The notes: generated from the letters alone by a model not told the origin. 64,000 nucleotides of DNA from Macrostomum lignano (GCA_002269645.1 NIVC01000187.1:1-64000), one strand, 5' to 3'. Counted from the first letter of the stretch, positions 21,901 to 35,900 are shown. Translations and numbers: made by a program.

Positions 21901-24900
21901 GGTGTAAGATGAGTCTCAATTTGGGTGTCAGATGAGCCTCAATTTGGGTGTCAGATGAGCCTCAATTTGGGTGTCAGATGAGCCTCAGTTTGGGTGTCAG
22001 ATAAGCCTCAATTTGAGTGTCAGATGAGCCACAGTTTGGGTGTCAGATGAGCCATAATTTGGGTGTCAGATGAGCCTCAATTTGGGTGTCAGATGAGCCA
22101 TAATTTGGGTGTAAGATGAGTCTCAATTTGGGTGTCAGATGAGCCATAATTTGGGTGTAAGATGAGTCTCAATTTGGGTGTCAGATAAGCCTCAATTCGG
22201 GTGTCAGATGAGCCTCAATTCGGGTGTCAGATGAGCCTCAATTCGGGTGTCAGATGAGCCTCAATTCGGGTGTCAGATGAGCCTCAATTCGGGTGTCAGA
22301 TAAGCCTCAATTCGGGTGTCAGATAAGCCTCAATTCGGGTGTCAGATGAGCCTCAATTCGGGTGTCAGATGAGCCTCAATTCGGGTGTCAGATAAGCCTC
22401 AATTCGGGTGTCAGATGAGCCTCAATTCGGGTGTCAGATGAGCCTCAATTCGGGTGTCAGATGAGCCTCAATTCGGGTGTCAGATGAGCCTCAATTCGGG
22501 TGTCAGATGAGCCTCAATTCGGGTGTCAGATGAGTCACAATTCGGGTGTCAGATAAGCCTCAATTCGGGTGTCAGATGAGCCTCAATTCGGGTGTCAGAT
22601 GAGCCTCAATTCGGGTGTCAGATAAGCCACAATTCGGGTGTCAGATGAGCCTCAATTCGGGTGTCAGATAAGCCACAATTCGGGTGTCAGATGAGCCTCA
22701 ATTCGGGTGTCAGATAAGCCTCAATTCGGGTGTCAGATGAGCCTCAATTCGGGTGTCAGATGAGCCTCAATTCGGGTGTCAGATAAGCCTCAATTCGGGT
22801 GTCAGATGAGCCTCAATTCGGGTGTCAGATGAGCCTCAATTCGGGTGTCAGATGAGTCTCAATTCGGGTGTCAGATAAGCCTCAATTCGGGTGTCAGATA
22901 AGCCTCAATTCGGGTGTCAGATGAGCCTCAATTCGGGTGTCAGATAAGCCTCAATTCGGGTGTCAGATGAGCCTCAATTCGGGTGTCAGATGAGCCTCAA
23001 TTAGGGTGTCAGATAAGCCTCAATTCGGGTGTCAGATAGGCCACAATTTGGGAATAAGATGAGTGTCAATTTGGGTGTCAGATAAGCAACACTTGGGGTG
23101 TCAGATAGGCCACAATTTGGGTACCAAATGAGTCACAATTTGGGTGTCAGATGAGCTTCAATTTGGATGTTAGAGAAGCTGTGTAAGGACTTTCATATTC
23201 TCTGTTTCATGTAAATTTCCTGTCATTTTTATGGCATCGTCAACTGGCACAATTTCATGTCAGATCTTCATGTCAGTGGGCGACTGGACTACCCGGATCT
23301 GGTCAGAGGACATCAAGGAGAACGCCATCATTTGGACCAAGTATCACCAGAGCGGACTCACCGACGGCTGCTGGTCCACCGTGCGGCCAGCCGTGTTCTT
23401 CACCTCCAAGACAGACGGCACCCTGGATGTCTGGGACCTGCTGTTCAAGCAGAACGACCCGACCCTCACTGTGCAGGTGAGCGATGAGCCGCTGCAGAGC
23501 CTCCGTCTGCAGGAGCACGGCCGGCTCATGGCCTGCGGCAGCCAGGGCGGAGTCGCCACCATTGTCGAGCTGTCCGAAGGCTTCTACGCGCAGAACCGCA
23601 ACGAGCGCAACCTGGTGAACACCATCTTCGAGAGAGAGACTCGACGGGAGAAGATTCTGGAGGCGAGGCACAGGGAGATGAAGCTCAAAGAGAAAAAGGG
23701 CGGAGGTGGAGTAAGTTGAAATCTGAAATACTTTGATATGCTTATGATTTATTAATCGTGTTTAAAGGCCTAGTTGTCAACTTCAGTCATTTTTTGGTCT
23801 TAATTGGTCTGTTTTTTTCGTTTTGCCAATGGGGTGCCCCTCGGTAGCGTATTGTATATGTACACTTTACATGTACAGCCTCTTCTACTGCTGCCTCTCT
23901 CTCCTTTCCCTCTCTCTCCTTCCCTCTCTCTCCTTTCCCTCTCTCTCCTTTCCCTCTCTCTCCTTTCCCTTTCTCTCCTTTCCCTCTCTCTCCTTTCCCT
24001 CTCTTTCCTTTCCTTCTCTCTCCTTTCCCTCTCTCTCCTTTCCTTCTCTCTCCTTTCCCTCTCTCTCCTTTCCTTCTCTCTCCTTTCCTTCTCTCTCCTT
24101 TCCCTCTCTCTCCTTTCCCTCTCTCTCCTTTCCCTCTCTCTCCTTTCCCTCTCTCTCCTTTCCCTCTCTCTCCTTTCCCTCTCTCTCCTTTCCCTCTCTC
24201 TCCTTTCCCTCTCTCTCCTTTCCCTCTCTCTCCTTTCCCTCTCTCTCCTTTCCCTCTCTCTCCTTTCCTTCTCTCTCCTTTCCCTCTCTCTCCTTTCCCT
24301 CTCTTTCCTTTCCCTCTCTCTCCTTTTCCTCTCTTTCCTTTCCCTCTCTCTCCTTTCCCTCTCTCTCCTTTCCCTCTCTCTCCTTTCCCTCTCTCTCCTT
24401 TCCCTCTCTCTCCTTTCCCTCTCTCTCCTTTCCCTCTCTCTCCTTTCCTTCTCTCTCCTTTCCCTCTCTCTTCTTTCCCTCTCTCACCTTTCCCTCTCTT
24501 TCCTTTCCCTCTCTCACCTTTCCCTCTCTTTCCTTTCCCTCTCTCTCCTTTTCCTCTCTTTCCTTTCCCTCTCTCTCCTTTTCCTCTCTCTCCTTTTCCT
24601 CTCTCTCCTTTTCCTCTCTCTCCTTTTCTTCTCTCTCCTTCCCCCTCTTTTCCTCATCTCTCACTCAGTCACCTACTCTTCTTCGAGCTATTTTCCACTG
24701 TACAATAATTTAACCGCTTTAAAAACAAAACTTTACTTACAGAGTGTGTCAGAGTCAAGTAGTTCGTCTCAATTAGCGCCCATTGAGTTTCATACGCTAC
24801 GAAATTCGATAATTTGTATCCAATAAATTAAAATAAAAGACAAATGAGATTGCTGTCGTACCTGTGGATTTCTTGTAAAGTTCCGGATAGTGTACGCTTA

Positions 24901-26203
24901 TTGCTTGGCATACTGGTAGTATCGATGCAAAGCAGATAAATTCTATTGTTTATTATGTGCATTTATCAAAAAAATTTGCATGCCTGTTTGCCATCATTGC
25001 CAGGTGAGGGTTCGTGTACATTCTATGCGGACCCGGGGAGAGAGAATGGGGTGAGGGTTCGTGTACATTCTATGCAAGGTGGGGAGAGAGAATGGGGTGA
25101 GGGTTGGTGTACATTGTATGCGGACCAGGGAGAGAGAATGGGGTGAGGGTTGGTGTACATTTTATGCGGACCGGGAAGAGAATGGGGTGAGGGTTCGTGT
25201 ACATTCTATGCAAGGTGGGGAGAGAGAATGGGGTGAGGGTTGGTGTACATTGTATGCGGACCAGGGAGAGAGAATGGGGTGAGGGTTGGTGTACATTTTA
25301 TGCGGACCGGGAAGAGAATGCGGTGAGAGTTGGTGTACATTCTGTGTGGACTAAGGAGAGGATTGGTGTGCATTACTCTGTGGTTTAACGTACTCTAAGC
25401 ACGTGCAAATCGATCAAGTTCTAGAATTCCTGCTCATAAAGCCTTATCATAATCAAATTCTGCTCATTGATTCGCTTTCAAAGGATGATGAAGAGGAACA
25501 CGGCGAGGAGCAAGGCGAAGATCTGATGGCCAAGGCCGAGCAGGACTTCTTCGCCGCCATCGAAAATGAGAAGAAGCTTCGCGAGCGTCGCAAGGAGGAG
25601 CGCGAGAACGCGATGCGGGAAGCTGAGTCCGCTGGGAACGAGGAGGAGCAGGGCGGAGAGGAGGAGAGACAGAATTTGGAGCGGGTGAGAAACTGCCTTG
25701 GAATGTGGGGCTGGTGTACACCTTGGAATGTGGGGCTGGTGTACACCTTGGAATTTGGAGCGGGTGAGAAACTGCCTTGGAATGTGGGGCTGGTGTACAC
25801 CTTGGAATGTGGGGCTGGTGTACACCTTGGAATGTGGGGCTGGTGTACACCTTGGAATGTGGGGCTGGTGTACAAATTTACGGTAACTTTTTAAGGGGGT
25901 TCGATGTAGCTTACTTACTCACAGTGCTTTAATTAGAGTTAAAAATGATTTTTTCACAGGTGGAGGAAGGTGGCGAAGAGGAGGCGGATAATTCGCCCAA
26001 CGAGGAGCAAGCGGCCGCGGCGGCGGCCCCAGCCGAGGAGAAGGGCGAAACGGTGAGGCAATAAAGCTCTAAAAAAACACATTTTCAAACTACTCTACTG
26101 AAAGTAGAAAAATGAGAATATGCTACTATTTTATATTTCCATTTGAAAATTTAATAAAACAAGTTTGCTTTGGATTTTTCAGGAGGGCAACGAGAAGGCG
26201 TGA
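18995..26203 (+). CDS. DNAI2: Dynein axonemal intermediate chain 2 (WD40; outer arm IC2); exons 18995-19852, 20804-21073, 23264-23710, 25484-25684, 25960-26052, 26183-26203; about 629 aa
   Basis: N-terminus [27 protein letters not shown] and [26 protein letters not shown] are typical of DNAI2; WD40 repeats; all introns are GT-AG and in frame. The last small exon is less certain. Confidence 0.95.
20010..20690. repeat. 43-bp purine-rich minisatellite, DNAI2 intron 1
   Basis: Directly visible. Confidence 0.95.
21145..23170. repeat. 23-bp minisatellite AATT(T/C)GGGTGTCAGATGAGCCTC, DNAI2 intron 2
   Basis: Directly visible. Confidence 0.97.
23895..24650. repeat. 15-bp pyrimidine repeat CTCTCTCTCCTTTCC, DNAI2 intron 3
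   Basis: Directly visible. Confidence 0.95.
25000..25340. repeat. ~45-bp repeat (GAGAGAATGGGGTGAGGGTT...GTACATT), DNAI2 intron 3
   Basis: Directly visible. Confidence 0.85.
25685..25875. repeat. 25-bp repeat CCTTGGAATGTGGGGCTGGTGTACA starting at the DNAI2 exon 4 donor
   Basis: Directly visible; includes a second copy of the exon end and donor (TTTGGAGCGG|GTGAGA) near 25755. Confidence 0.85.
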
Positions 26204-26659
26204 GCTGCAGGGATGACGGATGACTTCCTGGGGGAAAATTGACCGTAGGAAAATTGGGTTGTGAGCGTAAAGCTTTTCTATGACCTTTTTTCTGTATCTA
26301 TACGAGTACATAATTGAATTCTGTATTGGCTGTTGTTCTTTTATATTATCAAAGCTATTCGAATTAAGCAGACAATGATAACACAGTCTTCTATTGTGGC
26401 CTGTTTTTATCCCCAGAACTTTTTATGAAGGCCAAATGTTTTCTTGGTTCTGTTATTAATAATTATATTTTACTTGAAAACTGAGAGTGCGTTTGAAAAA
26501 AATATATAAATAAGATTAATCTATAATGATGTTACAGGGAGTTTTTTCAAGCATCGTGACTTCTACTATGGCAAATTAAACTTACATATTTTTATTTTGG
26601 CAATTTATAGTGCTTTTGACCTTTTACGGAAAAGTATTAATAAATTGCATTCATCAAGA

Positions 26660-27590
26660 TCTACAGACATTAATATACATCTAAGACTGCAGATATACAG
26701 ACCAAATATAGAGCTTTAGATACATTGAGTACATATCTATAGACATTAGATATACTATCTGCAGATCTATAGACATTAGATATACTGTCTGCAGATCTAT
26801 AGACATTAGATATACTGTCTGCAGATCTATAGACTGCAAGATCTATAGAATCTAGATACATAGTTGTATATATGTTGAGTACAGATCTATAGAAAGTTGA
26901 TATTCATACTGCAGATCTATAGACATTAGATATACTGTCTGCAGATCTATAGACATTAGATATACTGTCTGCAGATCTATAGACATTAGATATACTGTCT
27001 GCAGATCTATAGACATTAGATATACTGTCTGCAGATCTATAGACATTAGATATACTGTCTGCAGATCTATAGACATTAGATATACTGTCTGCAGATCTAT
27101 AGACAATAGATATACTGACAGCAGATCTAAAGACATTGGATATACTGACTGCAGATCTATAGACATTAGATATACTGTCTGCAGATCTATAGACATTAGA
27201 TATACTGACTGCAGATCTATAGAATCTAGATATACTGTCTGCAGATCTATAGAATCTAGATATACTATCTGCAGATCTAGAGACATTAGATATACTGTCT
27301 GCAGATCTATAGACATTAGATATACAGTCTGCAGATCTATAGACATTAGATATGCTGTCTGCAGATCTATAGACATTAGATATACTGACTGCAGATCTAT
27401 AGAATCTAGATATACTGTCTGCAGATCTATAGAATCTAGATATACTGTCTGCAGATCTATAGAATCTAGATATACTGTCTGCAGATCTATAGACATTAGA
27501 TATACTGACAGCAGATCTAAAGACATTAGATATACTGTCTGCAGATCTATAGACACTAGATGTACTGTCTGCAGATCTATAGACAGTAGA
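26660..27590. repeat. 30-bp minisatellite GCAGATCTATAGACATTAGATATACTGTCT
   Basis: Directly visible. Confidence 0.95.
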
Positions 27591-28409
27591 TCTAATTATC
27601 GCCAAGCCCCCAGTTACCTCCATCAACAAAATCTATGGATGGCCAAGATTCAAGACTCAAATATCAAGACCCTTGAGTACCCAATTAGATCTCAAAAGGT
27701 CTCGAAATCTCGATCAGCCTTCACAATCGAAGGACCAATCGGGAGCAGAATTGGACACCTTGCGAGCTTTGTCAAATCTCATATCTCAAACTGCGGATGA
27801 TGCGCTGTTTTTTTTAATCAGTCTCCGGTTTCTTAAGCTTCTAGTAGCAAAAAACTGCTGATCATATTTAAATATCCATTAAAGAAAGATCCTCACTCAG
27901 TCTCCTATTACTCCGCATCAGGATGAGCTTGATTAAAAGGTTGCAAATTACTCTTCCCGAGTGAAAAAGCAGGGAGCTTTACAATTTTAAGGATTGTTCG
28001 ATTTTGCTAATGAAAGCAAAGAAAACATCAGTTGTTGGTTTGCTCGTTGTGACGCCTTTTGAACCGGCAGTTTGAAAATCAGCCATGGCCCACCAAGCCG
28101 ATAACTGAGTTCTTCTCGATCGATTGTCATCGCTAATCCGATGGGAGATTTCACTCTCTCTCTCTCTCTCCTCCACAGTTGTAATTTTTCTTCTTCCTTC
28201 CTGCAGCGTCTCGCGCCTAGAAGAAAATCTTGGCAAGAAAGAGTCTGCAGTGTAGAAAATTCCCTACCGTGAGAAAATCTGCTTGGGAAATCTCTTGGGT
28301 GCTTTAGGATTTGTAAGGAGATGCCTTGGGCAGTGGGAGCCTAGTATATATATTGTGTTCTGGCTGGTAAAGTTTTGGACTCTGGGATTCGTTTTTGCTT
28401 TTGCTGTTG

Positions 28410-29440
28410 ACCCACCATTCTCCACTGATCCGCCCCTGACCCACCATTCTCCACTGATCCGCCCCTGACCTACCATTCTCCACTGATCCGCCCCTGACCC
28501 CCCATTCTCCACTGATCCGCCCCTGACCCATAGTTCTTCCCTGAATCGCCCCTTGACCCATAGTTCTTCCCTGATCCGCCCCTTGACCCATGATTCTTCC
28601 CTGATCCGCCCCTTGACCCACAATTATACCCTGATCAGCCCCTTGACCCATAGTTCTCTCCTGATCCGCCCCTGACCCACCATTCTCCCCTAATCCGCCC
28701 CTTGACCCACGATTCTCCACTGATCCGCCCCCTGACCCATGATTCTCCACTGATCCGCCCCTGACCCATGATTCTCCACTGATCCGCATCCTGACCCACG
28801 ATTCTCCACTGATCCGCATCCTAACCCACCATTCTCCACTGATCCGCCCCTGACCCACCATTCTCCACTGATCCGCCCATGACCCACGATTCTCTACTGA
28901 TCCGCATCCTGACCCACGATTCTCCACTGATCCGCATCCTGACCCACGATTCTCCACTGATCCGCATCCTGACCCACGATTCTCTACTGATCCGCATCCT
29001 GACCCACGATTCTCTACTGATCCGCCCCTGACCCACGATTCTCCACTGATCCGCATCCTAACCCACCATTCTCCACTGATCCGCCCCTGACCCACCATTC
29101 TCCACTGATCCGCCCATGACCTACGATTCTCTACTGATCCGCATCCTGACCCACGATTCTCCACTGATCCGCATCCTGACCCACGATTCTCCACTGATCC
29201 GCATCCTGACCCACGATTCTCCACTGATCCGCATCCTGACCCACGATTCTCCACTGATCCGCATCCTGACCTATGATTCTCGACTGATCCGCCCCTTGAC
29301 CCACGATTCTCCCCTGATCCGCCCCTTGACCCACGATTTTCCCCGGATCCGCCCTTTGACCCACGATTCTCCCCTGATCCGCCCCTTGACCCACGATTTT
29401 CCCCTGATCCGCCCCTTGACCCACCATTCTCCCCTGATCC
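28410..29440. repeat. ~30-bp minisatellite CTGACCCACGATTCTCCACTGATCCGCATC
   Basis: Directly visible. Confidence 0.95.
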
Positions 29441-30643
29441 CCCCTCTGTCAAATCCTTTCCGATATTTCAATCCACTTCAATGAGTGCTTCCTAAACAAC
29501 GCAGTTTTACTCCAAAAGGAAACGAATACTAAGAGCCAGAAATTCTTCCACAAAAGCGTCAACACTTGATCCGGACTTTCATTTTTTTAATTTAAAGTTT
29601 TTAAAATTCTTCTTTTTTTCTCTCTTTCTCTTTTGTCTTCTTTCAACTTGTCGACAAAAATTGATTGGCTCAGCTGTATAGAGAACTTGCAGAACCGGCT
29701 AAATGCAGCTAGCTTAATATTAGATAGGATTTCTGAGCAGTAGCGATCTCAGATCATAGCTCGTAATAAGGACGAGACTGCGCAGTGCAACGAAAGGCAG
29801 AAGTTGGGGCCGGAGGGAATACGGAAAGACATTGCAAAGGTCTGTGAAATTGTTGACACCTTTCTTTACTTTGTTCAAGTTTTGCTCTCCCGTCACCTTC
29901 AGGGTCTCCTTACTTCTTGCCGAGTACGCTCGTATAGGAGACAAGGGAAAGGAGTGGGAACAGAGGCGGTTGACTTGTCCCACTTCAAAGTTGGAGAAAA
30001 AAGAATCGCATTGAAAGGATTATTTCTTGGAAATGATAGGGGATTCACTGCAACAAGTGAGACTTGTTAGGGAGAGAGGTCAGGTAGCTCAACACTTCGC
30101 CCAACTGTTTAGCTTGAGTTCTCTTTGATAGCGCGTAGATTTCGAGGCTTAATTCCAAAATACTTTTTTTCAAAATGTCAGCATTGCCGAGGAAAGTCTG
30201 CACGCTCTGGCAACGCCCACGCTGGGTTAAGCCAGACAAGAGGTCCATTGGCTAACAGATGTGATTGGCTGTTGACCGTCTGGGGGAGCTGTCGACCCTC
30301 TGCCCCCTAGCCCTTCTCCACCCCCTAGGGAGCCGTCGAAAGAATCCGTCAGCTATTTCTGCCGACTTCGGTAACGGGGGGGGGGGACGGCTTCTTTCAA
30401 ATTGCCGGACATGCGGCTCACTACGGCGGTAGATTAAAGAGTCGACAGGACACGACCGCAAAAAAATCGATGCTTGCACCGAAAGACTGACTGCGCCTCT
30501 CCGCTTGATGAGTTGCTTAATTAAATTTGTTGAACTGGAAATTGTCAACAACAGAAAAGCGACAACAAAATTCGACCGTTGAGTCCTACTTCAGCCGAGA
30601 TTGTTGAGAAGCTGCTCAAACTCTCAGTTTCAGTCCGGGGACC

Positions 30644-32856
30644 ATGACAGAAGTCAGTTCATTGATCATCGCAGCGGCGACCGCGTGTTTTCTGTCGCAC
30701 GGTCTCGCCTTAATGTCGACGCCATCGTCTGACATCGACAAGGTGGTGCTGGACGGCGACATCTTCCTTGGCGGCCTGTTCCCGATTCACAGCAGCTCGA
30801 AGACTGGAGAATCCCGCTGTGGCCGAATCGACAGCCATCGCGGCATCCAACGAATGGAGGCGATGATCTTCACTTTGCAGGAAATTAACAACAACAGAAG
30901 CTTCTTGAACTACGGCAAGCACACCATCACCCTAGGCGGTCTGCTGTACGACACCTGCTCCAAGGAGACGTACGCTCTGGAGAAAGCGCTCGAATTCGTC
31001 AAAAACTCTCTGACGCACGAATACGACGGCGAGTTCGTCTGCGAGTATCCGAACGGCACGCAGCTGCCTGCGCTGCGGTCCAGCAGCCGGAAGCATTCCA
31101 AGAAGCCGATTCGAGGAGTAGTCGGCGGAGCCTACACCCAGGTGTCCGTTCAGGTGGCCAACCTGCTTCGCCTGTTCTCCATACCGCAGATCAGCTACGC
31201 CTCCACTTCGGCCACGCTTAGCGACAAAAATCGGTTCGAATTTTTTGCTCGAACGCTGCCGTCGGACACAGAGCAGGCCAAAGCTCTGGCTGACATTGTG
31301 AAACACTTCAACTGGACCTTTGTGTCAACCGTGTTTAGCAAAGGCGACTACGGAGAGGGAGGCATTCAGAGCTTCGAGACCGAGGTGGAAAAGTTGAGCG
31401 TCTGCATAGCCGAGCGACACCTCATCAAGCTGGAGCCGACCAAGGAGGAGCTGGACGCCATTGTAGCCAGGCTGCTCAGTCAGCTGCCACGCGCTCGGGT
31501 GGTCGTCATGTTCACCAGAGAGGATCACACCGAGAAGTTCCTCGACGCCGTTCGCCGGGCCAACGTCTCGCAAAATTTTGTGTGGATCTCCGCCGACGGC
31601 TGGGGCAAGAGCAGCCTACCAGTGATGAACAACTCCCGAGTCGCTGGCGGCGCCCTCACCTTGGAGATCTCTGCTGGGGAGATACCGAAGTTCGACAAGT
31701 ACTACACTAGCCTGAACCACACCCAGGTGCGGCACTTTGGACCGGCCAACTACAGCTTCATCAACCCGTTCTTCGACGAGTATTCTCGCGACTGCACCAG
31801 AGCTTCCAGCGTCCTGTCTAACGATTCGAATCTGCATTCGAATGTCTCCAGCCTAACGTCGGGACTGAACACCAAACTGTGCCAGAAGTACAAGCAGGAG
31901 TCCAAAGTGCCATTTGTGTACGACGCTGTGTACACGTTCGCTCACGGGCTACGAAAGGTCCGAGACATGGTTTGCTCGGAACAGCCTGACAACGCCGACA
32001 CCAAGGCATCCGGTTTGTTCGCCTCCTGCGTCAGGAACATCAGCAGCTTCCCGGGGAAAGAGTTCTACGAGCTGCTGATTAGCGAGGAGAACTTCTTTGT
32101 CAGTGAGTGCCGGCTTAGGGGTGAAAGGATGATTGCTTGTGTGCCATCCGGGTTGCTGCTAGCCAAATGGACTCTATTGCAAGTTAAGCAGAGTTTATTG
32201 TGGCTAGTACTCAACTGAATAGGTAGAAGCTCTTGATTGAGCTATAGCCTGCTAACTTGTCCCACACATACGCTCGTACATGGAACCATTTAAAAGCGGT
32301 TCTCATCTATAAAAAATTGGCACCGCAACACTGAACAGTCTATCCACAGGTAAAAAAGTTGCTGCCCTTCTCTGTTCAACAAAAAATACCAACTTCTCCC
32401 TCGCACATCTACTCCATAGCTGAACCCTGGAGCCACGCGCTGCCACTGCTGGGGGGGGCAGAAAAAGGATGCTTAGTAGCTCCTTCTGCAAGCCAGAAGT
32501 TGTCTTGAAGTCCTGCTCAGGCGCACTAGAAGAGACGCTGCATGCTGGCGGGACGCTGAGGGGCGGAGCTGCATGGGCTGCCAGCAATGCTCAAACAATG
32601 GACTTCTTCTACTCTACTTGTCAGGAATGAAGTTGCTGCTAGAAAGAATTTTAGCAAAGTGCAATAGGTGTGAGCATTACTGAGTGAAAATTGGGTGCTA
32701 TTGGCTTCGCTCTGGGAAGGAGCCTTTCTGCTACGCTTTGGACTGGGAAGCAGGTAGGCTGGGCGTTACTTGGCATGTTTGAGCAGAACTTGAGCAATTT
32801 GAACACTTTGTCTGTTTTATTATGTCTTAGTGTCTGTCTTGGTGTCTGTCTGTCTA

Positions 32857-32907
<51 letters not shown>

Positions 32908-35900
32908 GTCTATCTGTCTGTTAAGGAGCTCCTAATTTCATCGTCTCCATTACAAACTCGGTTGTCCCCTGCTTTCTGAACCGCTCATTGTCCTGCGCAT
33001 ATTGCGCGCGGATAGCAACTCGAAAACAAAGAAGATTCTTCTGAACCTTACAAAAAGAATCTCGGAATTTTTTCATGATACATCATCCTGAATCATTACA
33101 AGACATGATGATGGTTAGCATATACTGGATAGTTAGTGTAGCATATGCAGCCGTGTTAGGCTGCTCAAGAAACCCGAGTGCTCTTGGGAATTCCGCCTTG
33201 TAGCAAAAAGCGATTGCGAAGCCTCATCAGGCAAAGGTGAAACGCGATACGCTGATCCTGGGATCTGCAGGAAAACAGATGCGGCACGACACAGTAGACA
33301 TGATATGGGATCTAGCAGGGAGAAGTAGGCATGATATGAGACATACATGCGCAACCTCCGAAATTCGGTCGGCCATGCGACTTAGTTTTAACAAAAATGC
33401 GACATAGTTTTTGGCCAAAAATGCGACTTACATGCAAAAAAAACCTAAAACAAAATTAACGCAACTTTGGGTAAACGGCAGGAGTAACTATGACTGTCTT
33501 ATAACGCCAAAATGCCTCGTCAGCTACTTAGTACTACTACTTTGTTATTTTTTCGGGTAGGCATTTTTGCGACTTCCTTGGTTGGCCGCCAAATCGGTCG
33601 GCCGGATCGGCCGACTCGGCCGACTGTTGCGCATGTATGATATGAGATCTAGCTTACAGAAGTAGACACGATATGGGATCTAGCAGGGAGAAGTAGGCAT
33701 GATATGAGATCTAGCTTACAGAAGTAGACACGATATGAGATCTAGCAGAGAGAAGTAGACACGATAAGAGATCTAGCAGGGAGAAGTAGACACTATAAGA
33801 GATCTAGCTTACAGAAGTAGACACCATAGGAGATCTAGCAGGGAGAAGTAGACACGATATGAGATCTAGCAGAGAGAAGTAGACACGATAAGAGATCTAG
33901 CAGGGAGAAGTAGACACGATAAGAGATCTAGCAGGGAGAAGTAGGCATGATAAGAGATCTAGTAGGGAGAAGTAGACACGATTAGAGATCTAGCAGGGAG
34001 AAGTAGACACGATAAGAGATCTAGTAGGGAGAAGTAGACACGATTAGAGATCTAGCAGGGAGAAGTAGACACGATTAGAGATCTAGCAGGGAGAAGTAGA
34101 CACGATAAGAGATCTAGTAGAGAGAAGTAGACACGATTAGAGATCTAGCAGGGAGAAGTAGACACGATAAGAGATCTAGCAGGGAGAAGTAGGCATGATA
34201 AGAGATCTAGCAGGGAGAAGTAGACACGATATGAGATCTAGCAGGGAGAAGTAGACACAATAAGAGATCTAGTAGGGAGAAGTAGACACGATTAGAGATC
34301 TAGCAGGGAGAAGTAGACACGATAAGAGATCTAGTAGGAGAAGTAGACACGATAAGAGATCTACTAGGGAGAAGTAGACACGATATGAGATCTAGCAGGG
34401 AAAAGTAGACACGATAAGAGATCTAGAAGGAAGAAGTAGACACAAAAGCAAACAAAAATTCTTTGGATGGCTTGTGACCTTCTAATGGTCAGGCATGTAC
34501 ACTCTCTGTGTCTTGTGGGTTGGCCCTCCACAGAATCCTTGATCCTTGATGGAGCCATAGGTCTTGCGAGGCGCGAGAGTCAGACTCTGAGCTGCATCGT
34601 CTCAATCAACTGAGTAACGCAGTGCTCAAGCGAGCAAAACCCCACTAGCAGACTACGAGCCCTCGAGAAGTCCGATACTCTGACGAAAGTGGTTTAAAAC
34701 TCTCTCTCTGTCTCAATCCTCTCGAGAAAGCACTCAACTCTTGGATTTTGTGCTTGAGTTTTTCAAGTTTGAGTCTCTACGCCAGGTGGGCTGGGTGGGT
34801 CATCGGAGAGGCTTAGGAAGCGAGCGACCAGTGGGCCTCGTGGATAAGAGAAAGAAAAGGGAAAAATCCTCACTGATTTGTTTAGCTTTACCCCTTCCTG
34901 ATTCTCCCAGTGAGTGTATCATGAGCCTCTGAAAAGGCCCTACAAACCTCAAGGGCGTTAACTTGATTTCTCTAAAAAAATTATGGCAGAGTTTTCTCGC
35001 CTAGCAATAAATATTTAACCGCCTACAGTCATAAAACTGTTTACTTAATCCGCAGCGAAATTTAATTGCTTCCCCTATTTATTGAGAAATGCTTGAGACT
35101 TTGAAGGTTAAAACCTTAGAGCTCCGCTGATTGTGGAAAAGTCCCTAATAGACTTAAATTATTTGATATAAGTAGGCGATACTTATCTCAGAGAACTCAT
35201 AGCCTTGCTTACTAGCTCACGAAGTCAGCCATAGGTTTATTATGTTGTTCCTTGACTTAGTTATAAGCTTGGTCATTGAATGAGTCATAGCACATAGAAT
35301 AAGTCATAGCACTTTGAATCAGTTATAGCTCATATAATCAGTCATAGCTCATATAATCAGTCATAGCTCATAGAATCAGTCATAGCTCATAGAATCAGTC
35401 ATAGCTCATAGAATCAGTCAAAGCTCATAGAATCAGTCATAGCTCATAGAATCAATCATAGCTCATAGAATCAGTCATAGCTCATAGAATCAGTCATAGC
35501 TCATAGAATCAATCATAGCTCATAGAATCAGTCATATCTCATAGAATCAGTCATAGCTCATAGAATCAGTCAAAGCTCATAAAATCCGTCATAGCTCATA
35601 GAATCAATCATAGCTCATAGAATCAATCATAGCTCATAGAATCAATCATAGCTCATAGAATCAGTCATAGCTCATAGAATCAGTCATAGCTCATATAATC
35701 AGTCATAGCTCATAGAATCAGTCATAGCTCATAGAATCAGTCATAGCTCATAGAATCAGTCATAGCTCATAGAATCAGTCATAGCTCATAGAATCAGTCA
35801 AAGCTCATAGAATCAGTCAAAGCTCATAGAATCAGTCATAGCTCATAGCATCAGTCATAGCTCATAGAATCAGTCATAGCTCATAGAATCAGTCAAAGCT

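Larger units (their letters stand above)
33270..34440. repeat. 31-bp minisatellite AGATCTAGCAGGGAGAAGTAGACACGATAAG, interrupted by a MITE
   Basis: Directly visible. Confidence 0.93.

Noticed and set aside
19941-29484. Arg/Glu-, Ser/Leu- and other periodic ORFs in DNAI2 introns and downstream arrays
   Set aside because: All are artefacts of tandem repeats; the real exons splice around them in frame.
33469-33532. Functional rRNA gene
   Set aside because: Only 64 bp, degenerate without compensatory pairing in helix 69, and embedded in a MITE.
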